This document shows positions 11,261 to 24,675 of a DNA stretch of 64,000 nt, piece after piece. Within the stretch, counting starts at the first letter, position 1. Every line of letters starts with the position of its first letter. The translations under genes and the position numbers were made by a program. The notes below the pieces were generated by a model that did no database searches, had not been told where the DNA came from, and saw nothing but the letters and a program-made list of their open reading frames with translations. The stretch covers positions 204,166,001-204,230,000 of the forward strand of contig OX597814.1 in NCBI GenBank assembly GCA_951406725.2, read 5' to 3'. The DNA comes from Octopus vulgaris. Its lineage: Eukaryota.

Positions 11261-13246
11261 ATGCTTAGAATATCTGGCGGTGTTGGCTATAGTCTAGTGA
11301 ACTGTATAAACAATCAGGTGATACATGAAGGAGTCATACCCAATGACTGGTGTAGTAGCACCATAATAAACTGCTACGAAGGTAAAGGTGATACATTAGA
11401 TATGAATAATTATAGAGGTATCATGTTGTTGGATTAGGTAATGAAAGTCACGCGGAGGATCATAGCCCAACTAGTTTGGGAAAGAGTTAGTTTAGACAAG
11501 ATGCAGTTCGGGTTTGTGTCAGGGAAAAGCACCACTGGTGCTGTAGGTCTGGCAAGACAGCTGCAGGAGAAATCCTAGCCAAAGATAAACCTCTGTACTT
11601 GGCTTTTATTGACATTAAGAAAGCCTTTGACATAGTCTCCTGATCCCTTATCTGGTGGTCAATTCAGAAACTAGGGATAGATGCTGTTAGTAAGGTGAGG
11701 GTTGGCAATGAGTATAGTGAAGAATTTCGGGTAGAGGTAGGGATTCACCAAGGATCAATCCTCAGCCCCCTCCTATTCGTCGTAGTCCTCCAGGCAATAA
11801 CAGAGGAATTCAAGACAGGATACCCCTGGGAGCTCCTCTATGCTGATGACCTTGCTCTAATAGCTGAGTCACTATCAGAACTAGAGGAGAAGTTTCAGGT
11901 GTGGAAGCAAGGTCTAGAATCGAAGGTCTTTAGAGTCAATCTAGCAAAAAACAAAGTCTTATTTAGTAGAAAGGCAGACAAATCACAAATCCCTTCAGGT
12001 AGATGGCCCTGCTTGATCTGTAGAAAAGGCGTAGGTAGAATCTCCATAAGATGTACCAAGTGTAAGCTATAGACACATAAGAGGTGCAGCAATATCAAAG
12101 GAAAGCTAACTGGGAAGATAAGTTTTGTGTGTGGCAAATGCAGGGGGGCAATAAACACTGAAAATGTGCAGAAAATAGCTTCCAAAACATGCCAGGGGAA
12201 AAAAACTAGGATTTGATAACTTCTGTTACCTAAGTGTTACTCAGTAGAAGGGGTGGATGCTTTGAGAGCATAGCTGTTAGAATAAGAATAGCCTGGACAA
12301 AGTTCAGAGAGCTCCTACCTCTGCTGGTAACAAAGGGCCTCTCGCTCAGAGTGTAAGGTAGACTGTAAGATGCATGTATGCAAACAGCTATGCTACACGG
12401 GAGTGAAACATGAGGCTGTGACTGATGAGGACATGTGTAAGCTTACAAGAAATGAAGCTAGCATGCTCCGCTAGATGTGTAATGTCAGTGTGCATGCACA
12501 ACAAAGTGTAAGTACCCTGAGAGAAAAGTTGGACATAAGAAGCATCAGATGTGGTGTGCAAGAGAGATGACTGTGCTGGTATGGTCATATGTTGTGTATG
12601 GATGAGGACAGCTGCGTGAAATGGTGTTATACCCTAACAGTGGAGGGAATCTGTAGAAGAGGTAGACCCAGGAAGACCTGGGATGAGGTGGTGAAGCACA
12701 ACCTTCAAACATTGGGCCACATGGAGGCAATGACAAGTGACAGACCTTTGGAGATATGTTGTACTTTAGAAGACCCAGCAAGCCAAGTGAGAACATAACT
12801 GTGGCCTATTCCAGTGTAGCATAACTGGCCCATTTAGGAGTACCCTTCAAGTAAGGGTCAATGAACTTTGCTTGAGAAGACCTGTTGAGTCAAGTGAAAT
12901 CATTGTCATGGCCGATGCCAGTACTGCCTGACAGGCACCCGTGCCAGTGGCACATAAAAAGCACCATTTGAGCGTAGTTATTGTCAGTGTCGCCTGACTG
13001 GCTCCCATGCTGATGATATGTAAAAAGTATCATTCAAGTGTGGTCAATGCCAGTACTGCTTGACTGGCCCACATGCCAGTAGCATATAAAAAGCACCCAC
13101 TGACTTAGGAAGGGTATCTAGCTGTAGGAACCCTTCCAGATCAGATTGGAGCCTGGTGCAGCCTTCTGGCTTGCCAGTCCTCAGTCAAACCGTCCAACCC
13201 ATGCCAGCATGGAAAGCGGACGTTAAAAGATAATGATGATGAGGAT
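11261..13246 (+). mobile_element. 5'-truncated RTE-clade LINE (RT pseudogene plus 3'UTR)
   Basis: NYRGIMLL, MQFGF..GKST, LYLAFIDIKKAFD, GIHQGSILSPLLF, LLYADDLAL, a Cys-rich insert (CLIC..CTKC..HKRC) and GRPRKTWDEVV. Frameshifts and stops; ends in (GAT)n. Confidence 0.93.
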
Positions 13247-13699
13247 GAATATTGTTGTATAAGTGTTATTATTCAGGACTTTAATACTGGATAGCCATAG
13301 ACATCCATCTCGCCCCGCATCACCTACACAACCCACCCTACCCCTTTCCAACTCTACTCACCATCTTTATTTTCCCAATAACATCTGCCACTAATTCGTT
13401 CCGTCCCCCTTCTCTTTCATACTCCCACTATTCTCTTTTCCTACTTACCATTCCTCATTCTTCTGCCTAAAATCATCGCCTACTTTCTCTTCTATTCTCC
13501 TTCAGTTACAAGGGCCACACTGGGCCATCAACCTTACAAGTTACAAGGTAGTCTTCACTAGTTCTGGTGCCACAAAAATAAGCATCCAGTACACTCTGTA
13601 AAACAGTTGCCACTAAGAAGGGCATCAAGTGGTAGAAACTATACCAAAGCAAGCACTGGTATGCAGTCCTCTGGCTTGTTAGATCATATCAAACTGTCT

Positions 13700-14801
13700 G
13701 ACCTATGCCTTCCAAAGAAACCTATTTCTTTCAATGGAAAAAGTCTGAAAAACTGTTTGAACTTCCTTTCTGTTTCTGAATGTTTTGCCTCTTATAAAAT
13801 GTTCTAATGATTGGAATAGATGGAAATCCATAGGTGCTAAGTCAGGTGAGTAAGTTGGATGTGGAAGACCTTCCCTTCCTAACGATCTTATTTTTCCTTG
13901 GATTTGTTTTGAAGAGTGTAGCCATGCATTGTCATGCTGGAGAATAATTGCTTTTCTGTTTACCAAAGCTGGGCACTTTCATTTACACAGTCAAGTTGTA
14001 GGCAACAGACATCTGCATTGATGGTCCTTCCATGTTCCAGTAGCTCATAATGAACAATACCTTTTAAGTTCCACCAAATGCAGAGCAAAGATTTTTGTGG
14101 ATGGAGTTCTGGTTTTGGTGTTGACACCAGCCTCTCATTACATGATAACCATTGTCCTTTTCATTTTCTGTCATGATGCAAAACCCATTTTTCATCACAT
14201 GTAACAATGCGCTGCAGAAATGACAGGGTGTTATTCCTGTTTAGAAGATAGTGGAATGTTGCATTCAGTTCTCAAGCGTAAGCTCATGTGGAACCCAAAT
14301 TCCCTCTTTGCATTTTTTCCCAATTTGCTTGAGATGTTCATGGATATTTGAACACGACACGTTAGATTTTGCACCAAATCTCTTTGAAGTGGATTTGATA
14401 CAAAAGTCTCATTTAAAAGGTTGTCATTCAGAGTGGATCATCTTCCAGAATGAGGCTTGTCAGATATGTCACAATCACCATCTTTTAAGCCTTTTAAACC
14501 ACAGCTGACATGTATGAGTCTCACTGTTTCCAGATACACATTAAAAATGTTTTCCATTGCTTCTATAGCGATATTTTTCATTCAAAACTCATACAGTAAG
14601 CAATGGTGAATATGTTGCTTCATAAAGTTCTTACACTCCATGGGGTTAATTACTGAAATAACTATGAATGACACACTGCCAGATAGAAGAGATGATGTAC
14701 TATTATTAGACAGTTCCCACCCATTTGACCTTGACTCAGATGTGATTGGTTGATTCATATTTCATGGTGGTGAAAAATGCAATTACTTTCCGAACACACT
14801 C

Positions 14802-14803
<2 letters not shown>
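13700..14803 (-). mobile_element. Mariner (D,D34D) transposon remnant
   Basis: Minus strand gives HIHHCLLYEF, GIWVPHEL (~14300), FLQRIVTCDEKWV (~14200), ILQHDNA and PHPTYSPDLAPMDFHLF. TIR-like aattactttccgaacacactcata at 14780-14803; the other TIR was not found. Confidence 0.92.
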
Positions 14804-14845
<42 letters not shown>

Positions 14846-14995
14846 TCTTTCTTTTGGGATTTTTTCCATAACCTTAAGCTTCATGCATAGGAATTTGCAA
14901 TTTTCAAACACTCCACATATAAAACCATGGTATAAACCATCTTTGTTTAGGATTTGATAGCCAAAATCACAAATAAAGTATTTATTCACCAATGT

Positions 14996-15330
14996 CGGAT
15001 ATGGCTCAATGGTTAGAGCATCGAGCTAACAATCATGAGGTTGTGAGTTCAAATCCCAGACCGGGCTGCATGTTGTGTTCTTGAGCAAGACACTTTATTT
15101 CATGTTGCTCCAGTTCACTCAGCTGTAGAAATGAGTTGCGATGTCACAGGTGCCAAACTGTATCGGCCTTTACCTTTCCCTTGGATAACACTGGTGGTGG
15201 GAAGAGGGGAGGCTGGTATGCATGGGCGACTGCTGGTCTTCCATAAACAACCTTGCCTCGACTTGTGCCTGGGAGGGTAACTTTCTAGGTGCAATCCCAT
15301 AGCCAGTCATGACCGAAGGGGGTCTCAGCA
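14996..15330 (+). mobile_element. tRNA-derived SINE family C
   Basis: TGGCTCAATGGTTAGAGC (A box) and GAGTTCAAATCCC (B box), then gtgttcttgagcaagacactttatttc..ctccagt..actcagctg, a body shared with the 33950 and 61770 elements. Confidence 0.85.
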
Positions 15331-15917
15331 GGTGTCAAGTAGTCATTCTCACTATTTTCCCCTATTGTATATATATATATGCTTGTGTCTGTCTGTCCAT
15401 CCATCTGGATCATCCATCCATCCATTCATTGTTAGGTAACAATCTGATTATATAATCCTCCACTCATCAATGGTAGCCGATATGGCATGAAATATTACGA
15501 GTGCTCTTTTTCTTCTTATTCTTTTGCGACTATGTAGAATGCACTGCCAAAAAGCACAGCTATATGGCAGGAGATGCCAACAACATATTGTAATATACTC
15601 TGGGGTGTGTGGCAACATGTGCATATGTGTGTAAGTCATACAAGAGTCCATAAATCAGGAAAAAATGCACTTGTATGTCTGTCAATAGAGTGGATATATT
15701 ATCCAAAGTGTACAGTATTTTATATCCATTACAGCTGATCTTACCAATAAATTTCATAGTAGGGATTCAGCAGAGTGTTAGATAACAATCCGAATAAGCA
15801 ACCTTGTACTCATCAGAGGCAGCTGATATGGAATGACATACATGTGTGTGTGAATGTTTGTGTGTATGTGAATATTTGTGTATGTGAATATTTGTGTGTT
15901 TGTGAATGTTTGTGTGC

Positions 15918-16095
15918 AGGAGTGGCTGTGTGGTAAGTAGCTTGCTTACCAACCACATGGTTCCAGGTTTAGTCCCACTGCATGACACCTTGGGTAAGTG
16001 TCTTCTACTATAGCCTCGGGCCAACCAAAACCTTGTGAGTGGATTTGGTAGACAGAAGCTGAAAGTAACCCGTCGTATATATGTATATATATATA

Positions 16096-16150
<55 letters not shown>

Positions 16151-16362
16151 TTGTGTGTCTGTTTTTGTCCCCCCCAACATCACTTGACAACCGATGCTGG
16201 TGTACTTGCGTCCCCGTAACTTAGCGGTTCGACAAAAGAGACCGATAGAATAAGTACTAGGCTTACAAAGAATAAGTCCAGGGGTCGATTTGCTTGACTA
16301 AAGGCGGTGCTCCAGCATGGCCGCCGTCAAATTACTGAAACGAGTAAAAGAGTAAAGAGAAA
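15918..16362 (+). mobile_element. SINE family A, full length with internal (TG)n
   Basis: ggagtggctgtgtggtaag head, internal microsatellite, gctccagcatggcc...gagtaaaagag tail; multiple copies in the window. Confidence 0.88.
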
Positions 16363-17921
16363 GTATGCATGTGTATTTCAGTGAAAAATCAATGTATTGA
16401 GTAATGTCCCTTTATGCCAAAAAAAAAAAAAGGTAAAAACTTAGCTGTTCAATAAATAAAGGTTGATAAAATAAATACCTGTCTAAAGTCAATGTGTTCA
16501 ATATGATAATCTAAATTTCTCTGAAAGTGCCTCAATATGTCTGCAGTTCAATGACTTAAACCAATAAAACACTAGACGGTTAATCTCTAACTAAATGTCT
16601 TTTCTCATGGATTATTTATGAATACAAAAGAGAAAAGAAATCCTAGAATTTCATTTCCCTCACTAGTAACAACATAAATACATCTAACGGTTTGTTTGTT
16701 AAAGCTTTTTAAAGATTTAGAGAGTGACTGGCCAATGCCATGGCTGCTTACTGGCTGCATGTGGCATGTGTTGAATTGAAAACAACTGCTAACAAGCAGA
16801 GCATATTATATCAGTTTATTTAGCTGGAAATAGTGGTTACTTTGCTCTCAAGTTAAGTGGTTAACATTCAAAGGAGCAGCCAGCTGTAAATATATTTTCT
16901 CTGGCAAGCAAATCATGCAAATATCAACATTGTTTGATACATGTAGCTAGTATTAATATCTAAGTAGTTTGGATGAAGAAAAATAAATAAAACCAAGAAA
17001 ATGTAATTAAAAAACAAAAATAACTGATGTAACAAATTTTAAAGAAGACTAAAGATTTCTAATTTATTTACACGTTTATTTTTTGTGAAGACTTTTTTTT
17101 GCTTCTGTGGTATTGTGCAACAAGGATGTTGGTACCTACTGTAGACCCCACTGCATGAAATAAAAGATAGAAAACAAAAGGGGAAAAAAGCAGTTGTAAA
17201 TTAATTAGCCAATTAAGAACAAAACAAACTTATTTCAAAGCTTTGGTAAACTTTTCCATGGAACTACGTATGCATTTGAAGTGGTGAAATTCATAGCAGA
17301 AAAAGAGATCCATATTCTAATCATTCTCTAATTCCTTTGATGCCAGATTTCTCTGACTATTTATTCACAGTCGCAGAGTTCTACTATTGCCTCAGTGCTA
17401 TGAATAACCAATAACCAATTTTATGTATTCCATTTCATATCATGATTCTGATGGAAAGAAAGAAATATTCTTTCCTGCATTCACATCTTAACATCTACTA
17501 AAGAATTGATATTCTCTCAAGAGTATAGTTATACTTCCTAGTTTTTCCTTTAATCATTATATATGTATATATATATGTGTACATGTATGTATATAAATAA
17601 ATACATACATATATATATATACAAATATATAAAAATTTATATTTATATGTGTGTGTACACACACATAAACTCATTTACACACACACACACACACATGAAT
17701 AGTCTATATTTCATGATTTCACATCAATGAATTTATGTTTCATTTTCACCCATCTTTTGGGGAAAATAGTTTAGGTGTTCCTGCTTTCTTTCTTTATTTT
17801 TCCATCTCCCTTTTATATTTTATGAACATTTACATTTTATAAAAATACTTAATATTACCTGGAATCATCTTATTCTCCTTCTTCTTCTTCTTCTTCTTCT
17901 TATTATTATTATTATTATTAT

Positions 17922-18146
17922 AGGATGGAGGATTGGCAGAATTGTTACAGAATTGGAAAAAAGGCTTTACAGTATTTAGCTACAGCTCTCTACATTCTGA
18001 GTTCAAACCCTTCTAAGGTCAACTTTGCTTTTATCCTTTCAGGGTTGATAAAATAAAATATCAATCAAGTACTTATGTTGATGTAATTGATTGCCCCACT
18101 TCCAGCTCCTCAAAATTGCTGGCCTTGTACCTAAATTTGAAACAAT
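17922..18146 (+). mobile_element. SINE family B
   Basis: Same head, B box and tail as 7234-7440; flanked by (TAT)n. Confidence 0.75.
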
Positions 18147-18403
18147 TATTTATCATCATCATCATCATTATCATTATTATTATTTTTATTATTATTATTA
18201 TTAGTTTTTCATCTTTCAGTTTTGTTTCCATTTTTTCTTAACTCCTAGGGCAAAGAAGTCCACTGTATTATTATTATTGTTGTTGTTATTATTATTATTG
18301 AGTAAGAGAGCAGCACATACCATCAAAGTGACACTGGGATGCAAATATACAAAGCCTCGTATACCCATCATGACTACCCATCTGATAAGGGTACACCAGG
18401 CAC

Positions 18404-18613
18404 AAGGCAGTAAGCTGGCAAAATTGTTAGCATGCTGGAGAAGATGCTTAGCAGCATTTCTTGTAGCTTTATGTTCTGAGTTCAAATTTTACCAAGGTTA
18501 ACCTTGCCTTTCATTCATTCAGAACTGATAAAATAATACTGGGAGGGGTGGAGAGGTCAATGAAATTTACTTACCTCTTTCCTGAAATTGCTGGCATTGT
18601 ACCAAAATATGAA

Positions 18614-18617
<4 letters not shown>
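18404..18617 (+). mobile_element. SINE family B
   Basis: Same family; ends gaaacc(act)n. Confidence 0.75.
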
Positions 18618-18652
<35 letters not shown>

Positions 18653-19110
18653 GTTTTCATCTCATAACTGTATAGATCAGTAGCAAAGAGATTCATTGAT
18701 TTACTTCATTGGGCAAAATCATTTCTGAGAGATGATGTAGACCATTTAGTGGTAGACCTATTAAATGATAACTTATTTCTTTTGATACAGCCCACATGAG
18801 ACCACCTTCTGATATAAAAGCTCTCATCATAAATTTTATAAAAACTTCTACTCTTTTTCATTAACTTATGTTCCAAGCACTAAGTAAAGCCTGAAAAAAA
18901 TGAACTTCATTTTTTTTTCTTTGGAACCTTTCAAATTCTTGGTTCTTTTCAAAACTAATTGAATTACATGTGGTGTATAAATGCATAGTGCATTTAACAT
19001 GGCTATGAATGAGTGGATCTTGAACAAGAGAAGTAACTTGCTATAAGGAATTAGCTCAGTTCAAGATAGAATACTGGAAAAAAAAGATCACTTATATATC
19101 TTAATATTAT

Positions 19111-19449
19111 GTAGTAAAGATTGTTTGCCAACATAACATGGCAGTCCTGGTTTAGGATGAATGTTGCTGTAATTTAGCCCCAGGAGACATCGTCTCCAGC
19201 TAGCTATACGACACAATCTGTGTCCTTATATTTTTGAACAAGGGAATCTCGCACTCCCACTCATTGTTCGAAAATATAAGGATGCAGATCATGTTGTATA
19301 GCCTGCTGGAGACAATGTCTCCTGGGGCTAAATTACAGCAACATTTGTCTTAAACCAGGACTGCCATGTTATGTTAGCAAATAATCTTTACTACAAAGTA
19401 CTGTTGCTGAATATCTCTCGTTGTGAGATTTAAAAATAGTAATTTTTTA
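19111..19449. mobile_element. Palindromic insertion with 13-bp target-site duplication
   Basis: ~130-bp arms (19111-19240 / 19263-19394) plus a ~55-bp tail. ATCTTAATATTAT occurs at 19098-19110 and 19450-19462. Confidence 0.8.
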
Positions 19450-19619
19450 ATCTTAATATTATTTTTGGTGCTTGTTTTTTAAAAAACTTTTGCCTTATCA
19501 TTGACATCACTGCCATCACTACTACCACCACCACTACCACAGCAATCACTGCATCACCATTACTACCTTCCTTTTACTCCTCCTCTTCCTCCTCCCCCTC
19601 TTCTTCCTCCTTCTCCTCA

Positions 19620-20240
19620 TCATCATTAGCATTATCATTTTACATTCAGTTTTCCATGCTACTATACAATGGAAGGATCCACCACAAATTCTCTCACCAC
19701 TTGAGTTCTTACAATTCAGTTTCCCAAGATCAGCATCCAACAAATCTTTCCATGTCTTCTTTGGTTTCCCTCTTTTGCAGTTTCCTTCTGTTTGGATTGG
19801 TTGGCACTTTTTTACCTAACAGTCATCCTCCACAAACATACACCATATTTGTATACTAACACCAGTTTTCTTTCTTATACACTACATCTGATTCCTCTTA
19901 TATTCCTCCTAGTTTTCTCTCACTGGTACCCTGTGCTGGTACAAACCTAAAATACATTTTATTACAGATAATTTTTTTACCTAATCAGATCTGCCTTAAC
20001 TCTTTCTGTTACTTTTTATACTTGGTTCATCAATTTGATCCCTCTGTAGTTACTTCTTTCTTCAGTATCTCTGTTTTACACTGCCAAATAGCTGGGTAAC
20101 CAAGAGAATTCACCAGAGACCTTCACTAACCATTTCAGTTAAGAACTACAATATTTTTTTAATTACTTCCTCTTTATAACAAGAATTCTCAGATTCTTGT
20201 CTTCGTGCATTTAAAAATTACTTCAAAGCTGAACAAGACA
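19620..20240 (-). mobile_element. Older RTE LINE 3' fragment
   Basis: Minus strand reads EGNCKRGKPKKTWKDLLDADLGKL; preceded on + by a (CAT)n tail. Confidence 0.65.
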
Positions 20241-21218
20241 ATGAGGAAATTTGTCAAACTATTCAAAGTAAACCCTAACATTTGAAGAAAGCAGGAAGAC
20301 ATATTGGGCAATGTAGCTCCAGGTCCCTCATGGGTAACTTGTGGAACATGGAGCTTTCTGAATGGCACACCTAATCAAAAATTACCTTGAAATTTTTTGT
20401 AGTGCAGCCCACCTGATGATGAGCCATGTCTAATGTGGTCTGCATGTCCTAGATAGATAAAAAGATGGGATGGCCCTGACTGGAACACTTTTAATTATAG
20501 GTCTGCTTGATCAAGACTGACTTAGTGTTAAACAACAACAACAACAGCAATGACTTCAAGACTACAAAGCTAAGGAGAAAGACTCTATATAGTTGCTTGA
20601 CCTACAAGGAAAATCAACCAAATTTTTTCCTCAAATTACACTTTACCATTTTAGAAAAGACAGACAGATTAAGGGTCTTGGGAAAGAGATAAAATTATCA
20701 CAAAGTTAAAATGGTTCTGATTATTGGTATACTCGGTCAGGCTGACTTAGTGCTAAACAACAACAACAGTTTCCGGACTGAAGATTTGAATATATATAAT
20801 AAACATCTTGTCAAGATTTTGCATGAACTGGTGAAAAAAACATCAATAAATGGTGCATTCAGGAAGTTGCAGCCCATCTGATATTTAATATGCACAAAAT
20901 GATAATATCAAGGATTACTAGGCAGTACTTCACTGACATAATATTGATCAGAGAAAGAAACAAATTTGAATTTCTGTTAGAGATTTATAAATAACTTCAT
21001 GTTGTCTCTCTTACAATAATTTCTAACCACATTCATTATAATAAGTTACCAAATCTTACACTACACCAGGACATAACAACTTTACTAATACCAGGAAATT
21101 TTCCCAATATACTCCCCATAAATACTGATTTTTAACATTAGCAAAATATTTCTGATTTAGCGGTGAGACTGAGTACAAGCTAAACTAAAACTTATTTTAT
21201 CAACCCTAGAGGGACTAA

Positions 21219-21441
21219 CCCTTTTGGTACCAACCTGCCCAAGACTGACCCTTGCTTCTATGATACAAATTTCTTGTTTTAAAGTGATATGAATTAAAAC
21301 TACCCATCTAAATTTCATATTAATGTATGTTGTAAGCTCTAACTTAATTACGACTTAATTATTTTACTATATTCTTCATTATTTTCAAGATTAATTGAAA
21401 CAAAAGCAGTTTATTTGAACATAAATATGGTGACAAAAGGA
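21219..21441. mobile_element. piggyBac-like MITE (degenerate)
   Basis: (c)TAA-CCCTTTTGGTACCA ... TGGTGACAAAAGGA-TT ends. Confidence 0.5.
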
Positions 21442-21569
21442 TTTTAAAATCAATGTTCACTCTGGTATAAAGTTTGAATTCAGAGAGTAAAGAGTCATAA
21501 CTAAATACTGCAACACATTTTGCCCTGATCTCTACCAATTCTGTCAACTTGCCTACCTTATAAATATTG

Positions 21570-21785
21570 ATTTCAAATTTTTGGTACAAGGCCAGCAAGT
21601 TTAGGAGAAGGGGTAAGTTGATTAAATCAACCCCAGTGTTCAACTGATACTAATTTTATTGATCCCGAAAGGATGAAAGGCAAAGATGACTTTGGCAAAA
21701 TTTGAACTCATAACATAAAGACACACAAAATGCTGCTAAGCATTTTGCCAAGTGTACTGATGGTTCTACCAGCTTGCTGCATTGC
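21570..21785 (-). mobile_element. SINE family B
   Basis: Reverse complement of the family B consensus. Confidence 0.75.
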
Positions 21786-22561
21786 CTGCTTTACAAATAT
21801 AGAAATGTTCTAGTTATTGACTTCTCTGACTGGCCAATTTCACTAATGTATTCAAAAGACACACCATGCAACAGTTATTCCATGGAGTCAATTTCATCAG
21901 ACTTTATTCTTTAACATAAATTCTGAAATCTGATTCCTTGGGCTCTTCATTGTGCAGTGGTCTAGTTTTTCTGATCTTAAACAGATGTGTTAAAACGGCT
22001 GTAGCCATTCATTTATGCATGCACACACACACACGTGCCCGCATGCGTGTATGTGCATGCAGACACACATTCTCACAAACATATCTGTATGTAAACATAT
22101 AAATATGCACATCTATTTAAAAAATATTACCATCATCATTTTAACACCTATTTTTCCATGCCAGATGGGTTGGATGGAGTTTGTTGAAACTAATAATTTT
22201 AGTCTTAGCTGCTGCTCTTATCAAGAACCCTTACTTGTTTCCAAGCAAGGTAACATTTCTTGGTAACCAGACATATTCTCACAGAAGACTGGAACTGAAA
22301 GACACAGCTTGTGTGTCAGGGACACCTGTTTACAACTGTCACACAATGTCAAGAGAAAGAGGTACAAACACATGCATGAGCATGCATACACACACATCTT
22401 CAAGTAAAACATTTTATGTTTCATTACATATATATATATATATATCCTAATTTAATAATGATTGTAGTGTTTTTATATATTTATATATATATTTGTGTAT
22501 ATAAAGTCCATCACTGTTTGAGTTGCCTAATAGTGGTTTTATCTCTAATTTAATTTATATT

Positions 22562-22598
<37 letters not shown>

Positions 22599-22769
22599 TT
22601 GAATCATGCCAGACACGGAGGAGGAAAGAAAATAGTAATTTAGTGAAGGAGAAGTAGCGAGAGTAAAAGCCCTGACTGAGGAGTGAGAGAAAGAAAGGGG
22701 TGGTAGATGAATAAGGAAGGAAGAGGTACCTTTAGAGTATTGGACCTCATAGAGGCAAAGTGGCCGATG

Positions 22770-23130
22770 ACAGTGGCACATGAAAAGTTCCTCTCAAGTG
22801 TTGGGCTTCATGGAGGCATTGATGAATGACCGAGACCTTTGGCCAGTACAGGTAGCGGCGGGCATGCAGCCGCCTTCTCTCGCCTTCTCCCGCAGTAAAA
22901 TTGCAGTTATGGCAGATACTGGTGTCACACAAATGGCACCCATGCCAGTGGCATGTAAAAGCACCCATTACACCCTTGGAGTGGTTGGCATTAAGAAGGG
23001 CATCCAGCCATAGAAACCATGCCAAATCGTCTGGTATTTGGTGCAGCCTTCCAGCTTGTCAAACCTGGTCAAACCATCCAACCCATGCCAGCATGGACAA
23101 TAGATGTTAAATGATGATGATGATAATGAT
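22770..23130 (+). mobile_element. RTE 3' end and tail
   Basis: LQVLGFMEALMNDRDLW, then the shared tail and (GAT)n. Confidence 0.75.
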
Positions 23131-23162
23131 ATATATATATAATTAATATAATTAATATATAT

Positions 23163-24050
23163 AATTAATATAAACAGCAGGTTGCAATATTTCACCAAAA
23201 AGAAGAATTATAATTATCACTAAATGTGACTAGAGTATTAAGGAACACCAACATTGATAGAAATAAGAGCTAAAATGCTCTAATGTTGTAGTTAAATTAC
23301 ATGAATGAAAATATATACACTAACAGGGACTTAAATCATCCAAAAAGTGCTGATCAAGAATTCTTAACACTGATGTCAGTTTCAGCCATTTCTGTTGCCC
23401 CGTCATTTTCATTTAAGCCCATTCAATCTCAGCTCTTTTTGGACTAGCTCCTCTATTAGTATATATGTTTTTGTCATCCAAATTAATGGATGATTTAGCA
23501 ATTCATTAATGTGTATACATAAAATTAACATAAACAGCAGGTTGCAATATCTCACCAAAATATAGAATTATAATCGTCACTAAATGTGATTAGGGTGTTA
23601 AGAAACACCTACATTGCTAGAAATAAGAGCTAAAATGCTCTGATGCTGTAGTTAAAACACATGAATGAAAACATATATACTATTGGTCCCTGTTAGTGTA
23701 TATATTTTATTCATGTGTGTTAACTACAGCATTAGAGTAGGTATGAGTAAGTATTTCATTTATTTTCTTTGCCGCATTTATCACTGACGAAGGGAGAGTT
23801 CTTATGAACTAATCCTGAAATTGGTCCAATATGGTAATAACGGAATTTTTTAGAAATTTCTGTCAAACTTTTTTAAGTAGCATGCTTATTGTGATAAATT
23901 ATATGGTTATGGACAATGTGTCTAATTTCGGCATATTTGGCATTAGAAAATTTTTTCGTTTGTCCTTATTTATAAGTTGTTTATAAATTTAACCTTTAAA
24001 GGTATATTTTAATATGCTGGCCATTGATAAAATTTTTTTTTGAAAAAATG
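23163..24050. mobile_element. Penelope-like non-coding terminus: direct plus inverted repeats
   Basis: 23163-23330 is repeated at 23523-23681, with an inverted partial copy at 23686-23737. A hammerhead motif follows; flanked by (TA)n. Confidence 0.6.
23778..23838 (+). ncRNA. Hammerhead-ribozyme-like motif with intact core
   Basis: ttatca-CTGACGA-AGGGAgAGTTC ttat GAACTaaTCCT-GAAA-TTG-GTC ... tggtaa. Confidence 0.6.
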
Positions 24051-24081
24051 TTATCCTACATTAGATATATATATATATATA

Positions 24082-24675
24082 TCATCATCATCATCATAAT
24101 CATCATCGTTTAACATCTGTTTTCCATGCTGGCATGGGTTGGAGGGTTTGACTGGGGACTGGCAAGCCAAGAGGCTGCACCAGGCTCCAATCTGATCTGG
24201 CAAGGTTTCTACAGCTAGATGCCCTTCCTAATGACAATCACTCCAAGAGTGTTGTAGGTGCTTTTTACATGCCACTGGTACAGGAGCCAGTCAGGTGATA
24301 TTGACATCAGGCAAATTCGGATGGTGCTTTTTATGTGCCACCAGCACAAGAGCCAGTCAGGGTGGGGCGCGTTGGCATCAACCACATTCGAATTGTGCAT
24401 TTTATGTGTCACTGGCACAAGGAGACAGTCAGGTGGCACTTGCAATGACCCACGGATGCATGGTGTTTATTGCATGCTACCAGCACGGGAGCCAGTCAGG
24501 CACCATTAGCATCAGCCACAACTACAATTTCCATTTGATTTATGATTAGATTTAATTTGATTTTGATTTTACTTGACTCAATAGGTCTCCTCAAACACGA
24601 CATGTCACCCATCGATTCAAAGGTACTTTTTAAATCAGCGGTCAACATGCCGTGCTTGAGGAGACCTATTGAGTC
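24082..24675 (-). mobile_element. RTE 3'UTR (tandem units plus tail) with terminal inversion
   Basis: (CAT)n, the shared tail and about four units; inverted repeat at 24575-24675. Confidence 0.8.

Noticed and set aside
13703-13966. SETMAR-like host gene
   Set aside because: Fragment of a stop- and frameshift-ridden mariner with no SET domain.
14996-15070. tRNA gene
   Set aside because: A and B boxes continue into a SINE body shared with other copies; no clean acceptor stem or terminator.
23372-23408. Second hammerhead on the minus strand (ATGACGG..GGCTGAAAC)
   Set aside because: Too many core mismatches and a weak stem II.
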